A DNA stretch of 64,000 nucleotides from an uncultured Chloroflexota bacterium. Lineage in GTDB: Bacteria; Chloroflexota; UBA11872. Within the stretch, counting starts at the first letter, position 1, and each line of letters starts with the position of its first letter. The notes beneath the pieces are model-generated. The model was given only the letters and a program-made list of their open reading frames with translations, had not been told where the DNA came from and did no database searches. Positions 18,794 through 30,490 of the stretch are shown piece after piece. Position numbers and translations under genes: made by a program. The stretch spans positions 33,041 through 97,040 of the forward strand of contig CAZFVB010000001.1 of NCBI GenBank assembly GCA_964522375.1. Reading direction: 5' to 3'.

Positions 18794-19804
18794 TTATCTT
18801 GGGGTATCGGCCATATTTTCGGTGATCTTGTTGACTAGATCGTGTTCAACGGCGTTTGCTGCTGCGACAAGGGCATTTTCTACGGCCAGTGCATTCGATC
18901 GACCGTGGCCAATAATGACTATTCCGTTGACGCCGAGTAACGGCACACCACCGTATTGGTCATAATCCGTCCGGTTTCGAACGGCTCGCAGAGCGGGGTA
19001 CATGAGAACCAAGCCCGGAAGCGTGAATGGTCGATGTTTTACCGCGGAACGTAGTGAGGAAAACGCGAATTCTGCGGTGGCTTCAATGGATTTTAGGAAT
19101 AGATTTCCCGTGAAGCCGTCACATACGACCACATCTGCTTCACCGGCGAATATTCCACCCGGCTCAATGTTTCCAACAAAATTAAGCGTTGTAGCTGAGA
19201 GTAATTCTGCTGCGGCTAATGTCAACGGACTGCCCTTGGACGACTCTTCACCGATATTCAGAATGGCGACACGAGGTTCGCGTTGTCCACCCTGTTGTCG
19301 TTTGTACAGTGTGCCCATCAATCCGAAGTCTCGGAGGTGTTCAGGGCGGGCCTCCGCGTTGGCGCCCACGTCAATAACCAGTACTGGCTTTTTATGGGAG
19401 GGGATCATTGCAGCAAGGCCCGGTCTTTCCACTCCGGTCGCCCGACCTACGATCAGGACCCCGGCGGCTAGGGCTGCACCTGTGTTGCCCATGGAAACAA
19501 GAGCTTGTGCCTCGCCGGATTTGATGAGTTCAGCGCACCGACATATTGATGCGTTTGGTTCCGATCGGATCGTTTGAACTGGATGGTCGGCCATGCCGAT
19601 GACAGTCGGGGCGTCAACTAATTTCCAATCATCGGGATCGGCACCGGTCTTAGTGAGCCCTTGCCGTATGAGGTCAACATCACCCACAAGCGTGGCGTAC
19701 AAGCCGCTTGATTGGTTCCAACGTACGGCCCCTTCAATGGTGGCTTGAGGTGCTCGATCGCCCCCCATGACATCAAGCGCTATTGTGGGGAATCCCATCT
19801 TCAC
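18794..19804 (-). CDS. plsX: Phosphate acyltransferase PlsX
   Basis: N-terminal IALDVMGGDRAP and overall conservation with PlsX. 336 aa. Confidence 0.85.
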   Translation of the reverse strand: MKMGFPTIALDVMGGDRAPQATIEGAVRWNQSSGLYATLVGDVDLIRQGLTKTGADPDDWKLVDAPTVIGMADHPVQTIRSEPNASICRCAELIKSGEAQALVSMGNTGAALAAGVLIVGRATGVERPGLAAMIPSHKKPVLVIDVGANAEARPEHLRDFGLMGTLYKRQQGGQREPRVAILNIGEESSKGSPLTLAAAELLSATTLNFVGNIEPGGIFAGEADVVVCDGFTGNLFLKSIEATAEFAFSSLRSAVKHRPFTLPGLVLMYPALRAVRNRTDYDQYGGVPLLGVNGIVIIGHGRSNALAVENALVAAANAVEHDLVNKITENMADTPR

Positions 19805-19816
19805 GTCCTGCGCTCG

Positions 19817-21763
<1,947 letters not shown>

Positions 21764-22056
21764 TCATGATGTGACAGCAAACAGTCGTGTTTGAATGATT
21801 CGCTGATGACACATTCCCCGATACGTTACGTCTATATGTGGCACTAAAATATCGGCGCACTACAGAGCACCAAAGTTTTATTGAGGCGACGGGTGTTCCT
21901 TCCTTATCGACACCCGAACCGCCTCCGCTGAAATATGCTCGGGGATATCATGAATACTGAGATGGATTTTAACATGGCCTTGGTGGTTTCGGGCGTGGTC
22001 GAACTCGATACTCACTACAGAGAACTAGGTTTTGAAGCTTCAAAATGTACCGTGAT

Positions 22057-23124
22057 TTAGGAGGTAAAAACCCCATTTTCTTGCAAGAGAGTACCGTCGA
22101 CATAAATAGCGCCATCGACTCGTAGATCTTTGATCATGTCCCAGTGCACGGCGGATTGATTTTTGCCACCGGTAAACTCATAGGCTCGTCCGACCGCTAA
22201 GTGGACGGTGCCCCCCATTTTTTCATCAAAAAGAATGTTTCTGGTATGGCGTTGAATTTCGAAGTTGGTGCCGATGCCAATCTCGCCTAGCCGACGTGCG
22301 CCCGGATCCGTGTCGAGCACTTGTTCTAGAAAGTCACCGCCTCGCTCGGCAGTGGCCTCGACAATGAGCCCATCCTCGAAACGAAGTTCGATTCCGTCGA
22401 CCTGGTGACCCTGGTAGAGCGCGGGAAATTCATAGCGGACGTGACCGTTCACACTGTTTTCGATGGGGGCTGTGAAAATCTCACCGTCAGGCATGTTCTT
22501 GCGTCCGTCGGCTGGTTCCCACGTACGACCTTCTGTTTGCAGGACGAGGTCAGTGTCAGGTCCGACGATACGGATCTCGCTGCCACCCTCAAGTCGGTCC
22601 TTTAAGGTTTCTAACTGCTTGCTCATAGCTGACCAGTCGATGTTGGTAGCTCCATAGAGAAAGTCTTCGTAATCACTCAACGACATTTCCGCTTCTTGTG
22701 CCAGGGCTGTTGTTGGGTAGTCGCACAGCACCCATCGAACGTTTTCAATGATCTGATCCATAACTGGTCGACGGGCGATCATGGTCTTGGCAAGTCGTGC
22801 AGGATCTACACCGGCCAGTGCTCGGGTATTAGTTGTAGCTCGAATTCGAATGGCAGCTTGTATCGTGTCTGCTTGGAATTTGCTTACCGGATCTAAAAAT
22901 TCCAACTGGGTATCGTTCCCATGTGCCAAAAGAATTTCTTGTGCTTCTTCAAGTCCAACGTTGAGTCGTGGGTTTCCTCCTGCTTCCAGTACTTTTCGAT
23001 AACAGGCGAGGAGTAAAGGGGCTGCAGCTTCTGTTCCATCGATGAGAACTAAGTCGCCCTGTTTAATTTCGGTCGAGTGCTGGACTAGGATGTCGGCGAG
23101 CGCGTCCACGCGGGAGCTGGTCAC
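22057..23124 (-). CDS. Aminopeptidase, M29 (AmpS/aminopeptidase T) family
   Basis: 355 aa. N-terminal LADILVQHSTEIKQGDLVLIDG and overall pattern resemble thermophilic M29 metalloaminopeptidases. Motif-level call only. Confidence 0.5.
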   Translation of the reverse strand: MTSSRVDALADILVQHSTEIKQGDLVLIDGTEAAAPLLLACYRKVLEAGGNPRLNVGLEEAQEILLAHGNDTQLEFLDPVSKFQADTIQAAIRIRATTNTRALAGVDPARLAKTMIARRPVMDQIIENVRWVLCDYPTTALAQEAEMSLSDYEDFLYGATNIDWSAMSKQLETLKDRLEGGSEIRIVGPDTDLVLQTEGRTWEPADGRKNMPDGEIFTAPIENSVNGHVRYEFPALYQGHQVDGIELRFEDGLIVEATAERGGDFLEQVLDTDPGARRLGEIGIGTNFEIQRHTRNILFDEKMGGTVHLAVGRAYEFTGGKNQSAVHWDMIKDLRVDGAIYVDGTLLQENGVFTS

Positions 23125-23227
23125 GGATTGGTTCCTTGCTGGCTAACGAAATGGTGATCACGAGTTACGAGTACAGTAACTCTCAAAGAGACTTGTAGCG
23201 AAGACACAGTTTGGTTTTAGGTGATTT

Positions 23228-23809
23228 ATGGCGACAACTAGTGAGAGTTCCAGTTCACGACGGTGGAAGATTCTTGAAGCCACGACGATTTATCGTGATG
23301 AATGGGTTACGCATACTCAGGAGCATGTGCGCCTTCCTAACGGACACGAGATATCCAAGTACAACATTCTTAAGCAAAATGACTTTTGCACCATGATTGC
23401 CGTTATGCCATCGGGTTTAGTTCCTCTCGTTAAGCAGTACAAGCATGGTGCGTTGGAGGAAGTTTTGGAATTCCCGGCAGGACTTGTCGATGAAGGAGAG
23501 ACCGTTCAGGATGCTGCAATCCGAGAACTCCGGGAAGAGACTGGTTATGCGGGCAGTATCGTGTTTGCCGGTCGCTTAATCACCAACCCAACTCGGAGTC
23601 GAAACATGGCCCACGTTTTTGTAATTACGGGTGCTGTGCGGGTGGCAGAGCCGCAGCTTGAAGTGACCGAGGACATAAATGTGGAGCTTGTGCACATTAG
23701 CGAGATAGAAGAATTGGTCAAGTCTGGCAAATTGAGGGATGTGGGGTCGTTGGCAGCATATACGCTTGCCAGATCTTCGTTGCCCGAATTGGGATGGGAA
23801 AAAGTGTGA
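23228..23809 (+). CDS. NUDIX hydrolase (ADP-ribose pyrophosphatase-like)
   Basis: Nudix box GLVDEGETVQDAAIRELREETGY (GX5EX7REUXEEXGU). Confidence 0.75.
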   Translation: MATTSESSSSRRWKILEATTIYRDEWVTHTQEHVRLPNGHEISKYNILKQNDFCTMIAVMPSGLVPLVKQYKHGALEEVLEFPAGLVDEGETVQDAAIRELREETGYAGSIVFAGRLITNPTRSRNMAHVFVITGAVRVAEPQLEVTEDINVELVHISEIEELVKSGKLRDVGSLAAYTLARSSLPELGWEKV

Positions 23810-23867
23810 TCTGGGCAAGTGTTTGCGTGTGCGGGGTCTTGTCTTCTGGACGAGACTTGATGGGAGT

Positions 23868-24944
23868 ATGGCTGTGAAGGCATCTAGCACTGTGCGACTA
23901 AGACCGGATGTGGCGGCTATGCAGGGCTATGTGCCAGGCCAACAACCGTCTGAATCTGGGTGGACGAAGCTCAACACCAACGAAAGTCCAGCCGTTGCGC
24001 CAGGTGTGCTCAAGGCTGTGCGTGAGGCCGTCTCTAGTGAGCTACGGCTATACCCGGATCCTACGAGCCGTGCTTTGCGAGAGCGGCTAGCTGACCGACA
24101 CCGAGTTTCTCCGGAGTCGGTAATCGTGACAAACGGATCGGACGATGCGTTAAATCTCCTTGTTCGGGCGGTTTGCGGTTTCGGGGATCGTGTGGTGGCC
24201 CCGCATCCGAGTTACTCGTTGTACCCGGTGTTAGCTGGGATTCAGGGTGCTGAGATGGTTTCCTGTTCACTGGGCGAGCAGTTTGAACTGCCAATTCGCC
24301 AACTTGCTTCGGCTCGAGGAGCGGTGACATTTGTCTCGAGTCCGAATAATCCTGCTGGCACCCACTATGCAGCTGATGATCTCCGATGGCTAGCAGAGCA
24401 AACTAACTTGCTGGTGATCGACGAGGCGTACGTTGAATTTGCTTCTGATGATCGGGTGGCATTGGTGCGTGAGCTTCCCAACGTATGTATTACACGCTCG
24501 TTCTCGAAAGCTTTTGGATTAGCTGGAGTTCGCCTCGGATATGCACTTGGTCATCCGGAGCTGATCGATGCCTTGCATCGGATAAAAGACTCGTACAATG
24601 TCGGCCGGCTTGCGCAAGTTGCTGGCCTGGCGGCCTTGGACGAAATCTCCTGGGCGGAGAAGTATTGGGAGGCCACCCGTGGCCGGCGAAATAAGTTTGC
24701 TAAGGAGTTGTCAGGTAATTGGGGCTTGCAGGTATATCCCTCTGAAGCAAATTTTGTGTTTGTCGAGTGTGGAGATTGGGACGCTTTGGATATTCAGGAG
24801 AAACTTGCCGACCGTCGAATTCTGGTCAGACGCTTTGCTGAGGATCCACTATTTTCCAATGCACTTCGCATCTCGATTGGTTCGGAAGAAGAGATGACCA
24901 GACTTATGGAGGCTCTTACAGCTATTCTTAGAATTGAAAATTAA
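23868..24944 (+). CDS. hisC: Histidinol-phosphate aminotransferase
   Basis: Motifs KLNTNESP, LRLYPDP, SPNNPAGT and the PLP-lysine TRSFSKAFGLAGVRLGY. The start is taken at MAVKASS. The listed ORF begins 43 codons upstream. Confidence 0.8.
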   Translation: MAVKASSTVRLRPDVAAMQGYVPGQQPSESGWTKLNTNESPAVAPGVLKAVREAVSSELRLYPDPTSRALRERLADRHRVSPESVIVTNGSDDALNLLVRAVCGFGDRVVAPHPSYSLYPVLAGIQGAEMVSCSLGEQFELPIRQLASARGAVTFVSSPNNPAGTHYAADDLRWLAEQTNLLVIDEAYVEFASDDRVALVRELPNVCITRSFSKAFGLAGVRLGYALGHPELIDALHRIKDSYNVGRLAQVAGLAALDEISWAEKYWEATRGRRNKFAKELSGNWGLQVYPSEANFVFVECGDWDALDIQEKLADRRILVRRFAEDPLFSNALRISIGSEEEMTRLMEALTAILRIEN

Positions 24945-25073
24945 CGTTGTTATTCTTGCATTCGACAATTAACCATCTGCGTTTGCAGATTGACGTTTTT
25001 CAGCGATCGATTCTGATCGCAACCACGTGTACCCGACAACGGAGATGTCCGGTCGGGAGGAGGACAACCTAGT

Positions 25074-27260
25074 TTGGAAGGTCTTGTATGGTTTGTTCCT
25101 GCGGCGATCATTCTATCGGTGATCGTCGTTATCTATCTGGCTCGTGATGTACTAAGTCGCCCTGTCGATCGGTCGTCGGATACGTCAGACTTAATTCCGG
25201 CTGTCCAATCCTTGTCGGCGGAGGAACAGTCGCAGCTCTTTGAGCGAATGACTCTAAATGGTGATCGGATCTATTCCGGTGCCACGGCATTTTTGAAGCG
25301 CCAATATAGGACGATCGCCTGGATGACGATCGTGGGTGCTGGGTTGCTCGCGGTATTACTGCTCTTTTATGGTGCAAACGAAGAAAAAGGCATTGAGGCT
25401 GGTGATCTCGCATGGCGAACCGGCGTCTCATTCCTTGTGGGTGCGTTCCTGTCGGCCCTCTCAGGTGTCATCGGAATGCTTATTGCGGTGAAAACCAACG
25501 TTCGGACTGCGAGCGCTGCTACTCGATCGTTAGGCGATGCGTTAACGATTGCTCTTCGCGGTGGTGCTGTTTCGGGGATTCTTATTGTCGGTCTTAGCCT
25601 GCTCGGTGTATTTGGACTCTTCTGGGCGTTCGGCGGCTTCGACAATCCCAAACATACGCCTGAACTAATTGTTGGCTTTGGGTTTGGTGCGAGTTTTGTT
25701 GCGCTATTCGCTCAGCTTGGTGGGGGGATTTATACGAAAGCTGCAGATGTAGGTGCGGATCTGGTGGGTAAGGTCGAGGCTGGCTTGCCAGAGGACGACC
25801 CAAGGAATCCGGCGGTCATTGCTGATCTCGTTGGTGACAACGTGGGCGATTGCGCTGGTCGTGGCGCGGATCTATTTGAGTCCACGGCGGCTGAAAGCAT
25901 CGGCGCGATGATTCTTGGTGTGGCGATATTTAAAGCGACGGGTGAAAACGATGTGGCGTGGATCCTTTTCCCGCTCGTTGTTCGAGCGTTCGGTGCGATC
26001 GCGTCAATTATTGGACTTCTGGTGATCCGACCGGGACGTGTGCGTAATGCGCAGCGAGCGCTGGATGTCGGCTATTGGACGACGGCTGTGCTGTCAACGG
26101 TTGGCATGGCGATTGCTGTGTTCTTGATGCTTGGCTCGTGGTGGTTCTTCGTGGCTGGGTTAATTGGAATCATTACCAGTGTGCTGTTTGTCTACATTAC
26201 GCAGTACTACACGGCGTTTAATAGGCCTGTCCGCGAGATCGCTGAGGCGTCACGAACAGGTGCTGCGACAAACATTATATCGGGACTCGCCGTCGGCTTT
26301 GAATACACCGCAATTCCTGTGGTCGTTATTTCAGTCGCGCTGGGGACGTCGTTTCAGGCAGGCATTCAAGCGTTTAATGATCTGGGAATTACGATTGGGG
26401 ACAGTCAGTGGATAGCTGGAGTTTTTGGGACCGCGGTGGCGACTATGGGCATGCTGATGAGTGCAGCCTATATTCTCGCGATGGATACCTTTGGCCCTAT
26501 AGCGGATAACGCTGGTGGGGTGACCGAAATGGCTGAGGCTCCCGGAGACGTTCGTGATATTACGGATGGTCTGGATGCGGTCGGTAATACCACTAAGGCT
26601 CTAACTAAGGGGTATGCGATTGCTTCAGCGGCCTTGGCGGCCTTTCTGCTCTTCAGCGCCTACTTGGAAACGGCTGGTTTGGAAGAGGTCAATTTGGCCA
26701 AGGTCGAGGTCTTTATTGGAGCGATGCTGGGAGGCATGCTTGTCTTCTTGTTTAGTTCACTGGCAATCCGTGCTGTTGGACGATCTGCCCAGGCCATGAT
26801 TCTGGAGGTGCGACGGCAGTGGCGTGAGCAACCGGGAATTCTCGAAGGCACGGTAGAACCCGATTACGCTAAGGCTGTTGACATTAGTACGCGCTCGGCG
26901 CTACGAGAGATGATTGCGCCGGGCTTGTTGGCTGTTTTGCTGCCTGTGGCTGTGGGCTTGATCCTGCGTGCCGAGGCGGAGGCCGCCATGCTCATGGTTG
27001 GAACGATCGTTGGCGTTTTGCTTGCAACCGTCATGAACAATGCTGGCGGCGCATGGGATAACGCCAAGAAGTACATCGAGGCTGGGCATTTGCGTGATGA
27101 TGATGGGAATCCCATTGGCAAGGGCACGGATGAACACGCTGCCTCTGTTGTCGGTGATACGGTGGGTGACCCATTCAAAGATACTGCTGGACCGTCACTC
27201 CATGTGTTGGTCAAGCTGTTGAGCACAATCACACTGGTCCTAGCGCCGGTTTTCATTTAA
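25074..27260 (+). CDS. hppA: Membrane-bound H+-translocating pyrophosphatase (V-PPase), K+-independent type
   Basis: 728 aa. Signature GGGIYTKAADVGADLVGKVE and DNVGDCAGRGADLFES. Lys in GNTTKA marks the K+-independent subclass. TTG start with SD GGGAGGAGG. Confidence 0.9.
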   Translation: MEGLVWFVPAAIILSVIVVIYLARDVLSRPVDRSSDTSDLIPAVQSLSAEEQSQLFERMTLNGDRIYSGATAFLKRQYRTIAWMTIVGAGLLAVLLLFYGANEEKGIEAGDLAWRTGVSFLVGAFLSALSGVIGMLIAVKTNVRTASAATRSLGDALTIALRGGAVSGILIVGLSLLGVFGLFWAFGGFDNPKHTPELIVGFGFGASFVALFAQLGGGIYTKAADVGADLVGKVEAGLPEDDPRNPAVIADLVGDNVGDCAGRGADLFESTAAESIGAMILGVAIFKATGENDVAWILFPLVVRAFGAIASIIGLLVIRPGRVRNAQRALDVGYWTTAVLSTVGMAIAVFLMLGSWWFFVAGLIGIITSVLFVYITQYYTAFNRPVREIAEASRTGAATNIISGLAVGFEYTAIPVVVISVALGTSFQAGIQAFNDLGITIGDSQWIAGVFGTAVATMGMLMSAAYILAMDTFGPIADNAGGVTEMAEAPGDVRDITDGLDAVGNTTKALTKGYAIASAALAAFLLFSAYLETAGLEEVNLAKVEVFIGAMLGGMLVFLFSSLAIRAVGRSAQAMILEVRRQWREQPGILEGTVEPDYAKAVDISTRSALREMIAPGLLAVLLPVAVGLILRAEAEAAMLMVGTIVGVLLATVMNNAGGAWDNAKKYIEAGHLRDDDGNPIGKGTDEHAASVVGDTVGDPFKDTAGPSLHVLVKLLSTITLVLAPVFI

Positions 27261-27271
27261 GGCAGGTTTCT

Positions 27272-27315
27272 TATGGGCCGGTCGTGTCGGAATTTTCCGA
27301 TGTGACCGGCCCATA
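27272..27315 (+). other. Long GC-rich hairpin in the hppA-uppP intergenic spacer
   Basis: Perfect 12-bp inverted repeat TATGGGCCGGTC (27272-27283) / GACCGGCCCATA (27304-27315) with a 20-nt loop. It begins 12 nt after the hppA stop and ends 14 nt before the uppP start. No U-tract follows. Confidence 0.45.
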
Positions 27316-27328
27316 GATATAAGTCGCT

Positions 27329-28138
27329 ATGTGGCTTGAAGTTGTCCTCCTTGCGGTAGTTCAGGCTATAACCGAATTTCTTCCGGTGAGCAGTTCTGGG
27401 CATTTGCTGATCATTCCTGAACTTTTTGGCTGGGAAGATCCAATGCTGACGAGTATTACGCTTTCTGTCGCGCTCCATCTAGGAACAGGTCTAGCTCTCT
27501 TAGCTGCGCTTTGGTCTGACTGGCGATGGCTGGTTTTGGGAATGCTAGGCAACGGGCCTGACGTGGTGGTCACCCGTCGGTTATCTCTGGCCATTATCGG
27601 CTCAACCCTTGTAATCGGAGCAATTGCAATACCACTCAGAGAGGTGTTTTTGGGTCTTCGTGACCCTGTATTGGCGGCTACTTTACTTATTGGGTTTGGT
27701 GTTGTTCTTGGGTTGGCGGATCGATTTGGGCGCCAAGCCAGTAGCTTGAGGTCAACATCTTTCTCGGTTTGGCTTCTTGTTGGTGCGGCCCAAATTATTT
27801 CGCTGATTCCCGGGGTTTCCCGGTCGGGTATAACGATGACTGTAGGTCGAAGTCTCGGTGTTGATCGAGCGTCTGCGGCCCGATTTTCGCTCTTGCTTAT
27901 GGGGCCAGCCGTCGCTGGTGCCGGGCTGATTCAACTTGTCGACGCACTGCAGACTGATGAAATGATCGGTAATGTTTGGTTGCTTGCGGTCGGAACTCTT
28001 GTAGCGGCGGTTGTTGGAACGCTGACCGTTCGGTGGTTATTGGGTTTTGTGGAACGCCAGAGTCTTGGCCTGTTTGCGTTGTATCGCGTGGTGGTGGGCG
28101 TAGTGGTTCTGGTGGTTTTTACTTGGACAGGTACATGA
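27329..28138 (+). CDS. uppP: Undecaprenyl-diphosphate phosphatase (UppP/BacA)
   Basis: 269 aa multi-TM protein with the hallmark motif EFLPVSSSGHL and a second PGxSRSGxT motif (PGVSRSGITMT). Confidence 0.85.
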   Translation: MWLEVVLLAVVQAITEFLPVSSSGHLLIIPELFGWEDPMLTSITLSVALHLGTGLALLAALWSDWRWLVLGMLGNGPDVVVTRRLSLAIIGSTLVIGAIAIPLREVFLGLRDPVLAATLLIGFGVVLGLADRFGRQASSLRSTSFSVWLLVGAAQIISLIPGVSRSGITMTVGRSLGVDRASAARFSLLLMGPAVAGAGLIQLVDALQTDEMIGNVWLLAVGTLVAAVVGTLTVRWLLGFVERQSLGLFALYRVVVGVVVLVVFTWTGT

Positions 28139-28196
28139 AAACAGCCGCTCGAAACGAGTTTTCGCTCATATAATCACCTTCGTAGGCGAGGTGTGT

Positions 28197-29228
28197 ATGC
28201 GTATTGGCATTCTTAACGCGACCGGATATTCGGGCGCTGAACTTGTGCGGTTTCTATCCACGCATCCCGAGTTCGAAATCTCCGGCGTAACAGCACGGAG
28301 CCATGCTGGAGAAATTCTGGGTGATGTTTTCCCATGGCTTAGAGCCATTGGTCGTCCCGAGTACGCGGAATTGCCTCTGCAAAAGGAATTGGATCAGCCT
28401 CCGGATATCGTCATTTCATGTTTGCCTCATACGGTATCGGCCGAAACCCTGAAGCCTTTTTTGGAGAGCCAGATACGTTGTATTGATGTGAGCGCAGATT
28501 TTCGCTTACCTGACTCCAAAATGTATTCACGCTGGCACGGTCAGGAACATGCGGCTCCCGAGTGGTTGGACTCTGCGGTATATGGACTTACCGAGTTTCA
28601 TCGTGAAGAGCTTCGCGTGGCCCAATTGGTGGCTAATCCTGGGTGCCATGCGGGTGCCGCAATTCTTGCGCTTGGGCCTGCTGCACGGGCTGGTTTGCTG
28701 TCTGGGCACGTGATGGTTGACTCCAAAACTGGAGTGTCTGGTGCTGGGCGGTCTGCCTCGGTTGCATATGGATTTTCCGAAGTCGACGAGAATGCAATGG
28801 CGTACGGAGTTTCGAATCACTACCAAAGTCCAGAAATTTCGCAGCAACTCTCAGAACTAGGAAGACAGGTGATTCAGATCACTTTCGTTCCGCATTTGGT
28901 TCCGATGGCTCGAGGAATTCTAATCACCGCGTATGCGTCACTCACCGAAGGCACGACGGTCACGGATGTTCAAGAGGCGTATGGTCAGGCGTATACGGGT
29001 GAAGCGTTCGTTCATTTAATCGATGAGCCACCGAGAACCAAATGGGCGGCTGGGGGAAATCACGCGTTTGTGCATTGGGTTCTGGATGAGGCCAGCCATA
29101 CGTTGGTTGCAATGGCTGCCACGGACAATCTTGGCAAGGGCGCGGCGGGAAGTGCGGTCCAAAACGCGAATACCATGTCTGGAATTGATGAAAGTGTTGG
29201 CCTCGAGATTCCACCGAGCTATCCATAA
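28197..29228 (+). CDS. argC: N-acetyl-gamma-glutamyl-phosphate reductase
   Basis: N-terminal Rossmann motif RIGILNATGYSGAELVR and the catalytic Cys region ANPGCHAGA. Confidence 0.9.
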   Translation: MRIGILNATGYSGAELVRFLSTHPEFEISGVTARSHAGEILGDVFPWLRAIGRPEYAELPLQKELDQPPDIVISCLPHTVSAETLKPFLESQIRCIDVSADFRLPDSKMYSRWHGQEHAAPEWLDSAVYGLTEFHREELRVAQLVANPGCHAGAAILALGPAARAGLLSGHVMVDSKTGVSGAGRSASVAYGFSEVDENAMAYGVSNHYQSPEISQQLSELGRQVIQITFVPHLVPMARGILITAYASLTEGTTVTDVQEAYGQAYTGEAFVHLIDEPPRTKWAAGGNHAFVHWVLDEASHTLVAMAATDNLGKGAAGSAVQNANTMSGIDESVGLEIPPSYP

Positions 29229-30458
29229 ATGCATGAGCCGCCTGCTGAACTTGAAGGGTTTCGTGTGGTTCCTGGAGGGGTTCTTGCGCCACGCGGGTTT
29301 GTCGGTGGGGCTGTGGCTGCCGGTATAAAGCCTAGCGGGGATCTAGATCTTGGAGCGATTTTGAGTACTCGAACGCCGTGCGTATCAACTGCAACTTTTA
29401 CGACGAATCGAGTTCGTGGTGCGTCGGTTGATATCGATCGAGACCGTATAGCGGCTGGGCCTATTCGTGGTGTGGTTTTTAACAGTGGAAACGCCAATAC
29501 ATATACAGGTGATGGTGGCTACGAGGATGCTTTGGCCTTTATTGATGCATTCGCCCAGAAATTTGATGTGCCACAGGCTGAGATTCTGGTTGCATCTACT
29601 GGTGTCATTGGTTTTCGATTGCCGATGGCCAAGGTGTTCGCTGGAATTGAGTCTCTGGAACTGACACGTGACGGTGGTGATGCGGTCGCGCATGGCATGT
29701 TGACGACAGATGCAGGGCCGAAGGCGGTTGCGATTGAGGTTCCGCTATCCACCGGAGTTATTCATATTGGTGGTGTTGCCAAGGGGGCCGGCATGGTGCA
29801 TCCCAATATGGCGACAATGTTTGCCTTTCTGACCACTGATGCTGAGCTGTCAGACGCGTATGCACGGGAACTATTTCGATCGGCAGTTGCTGGGTCCTTT
29901 AACTCGATAAGTGTTGACGGTGATCAGTCAACGAGCGATACCGCATTGTTTCTGGCTAATGGTGAAAGCCGTGTTGGGTTGGCTGATAGCGACGATCGTG
30001 ATGCACGACTGTTTGCTGGCGGGTTGTTTGCTGTCTGCCGGTGGTTGGCACGTGAATTAGTCCGTGGTGGCGAAGGTGTTACTCGGGTGATAGAGGTGAA
30101 GGTGTCAGGAGCACCCGATGTAGAGGCGGCTCGACAGGCGGCTCGACAGGTTACGTCTTCAAATCTGGTGAAGACGGCGATCCATGGCGGCGATCCTAAC
30201 TGGGGTCGTGTTGTGATGGCCCTTGGCAACAGCGGAGTGGACTTTGATCCCGACAAGATAGATATATCAATTGGCGATATCCAAGTCGTGGCGGTAGGTG
30301 AGCCCACGGAATATGAGGAAGCCTTGGTCGCTGCACATTTTCGAGAGACGGATGTTCAAATTGGTGTGTCACTGAATCGTGGTGAAGCTGTCGCGACGGC
30401 TTGGGGTGGTGATTTGTCCGCCGAGTACGTTGCTATCAATTCGGAGTACATGACCTGA
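29229..30458 (+). CDS. argJ: Bifunctional glutamate N-acetyltransferase/amino-acid acetyltransferase
   Basis: 409 aa. Autocatalytic cleavage site ATMFAFLTTDA with Thr nucleophile. Typical ArgJ length. The start abuts the argC stop. Confidence 0.9.
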   Translation: MHEPPAELEGFRVVPGGVLAPRGFVGGAVAAGIKPSGDLDLGAILSTRTPCVSTATFTTNRVRGASVDIDRDRIAAGPIRGVVFNSGNANTYTGDGGYEDALAFIDAFAQKFDVPQAEILVASTGVIGFRLPMAKVFAGIESLELTRDGGDAVAHGMLTTDAGPKAVAIEVPLSTGVIHIGGVAKGAGMVHPNMATMFAFLTTDAELSDAYARELFRSAVAGSFNSISVDGDQSTSDTALFLANGESRVGLADSDDRDARLFAGGLFAVCRWLARELVRGGEGVTRVIEVKVSGAPDVEAARQAARQVTSSNLVKTAIHGGDPNWGRVVMALGNSGVDFDPDKIDISIGDIQVVAVGEPTEYEEALVAAHFRETDVQIGVSLNRGEAVATAWGGDLSAEYVAINSEYMT

Positions 30459-30490
30459 ACGTTCTTGGAGATGGTTCTGGCAAGCGCGGG

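Noticed and set aside
25129-27256. Multiple antisense and alternate-frame ORFs inside hppA (for example 25129-25431, 25367-25651, 26864-27256)
   Set aside because: They lie entirely within a confidently identified, highly conserved CDS. They have Arg/Pro/Ser-rich composition typical of spurious ORFs in GC-rich DNA.
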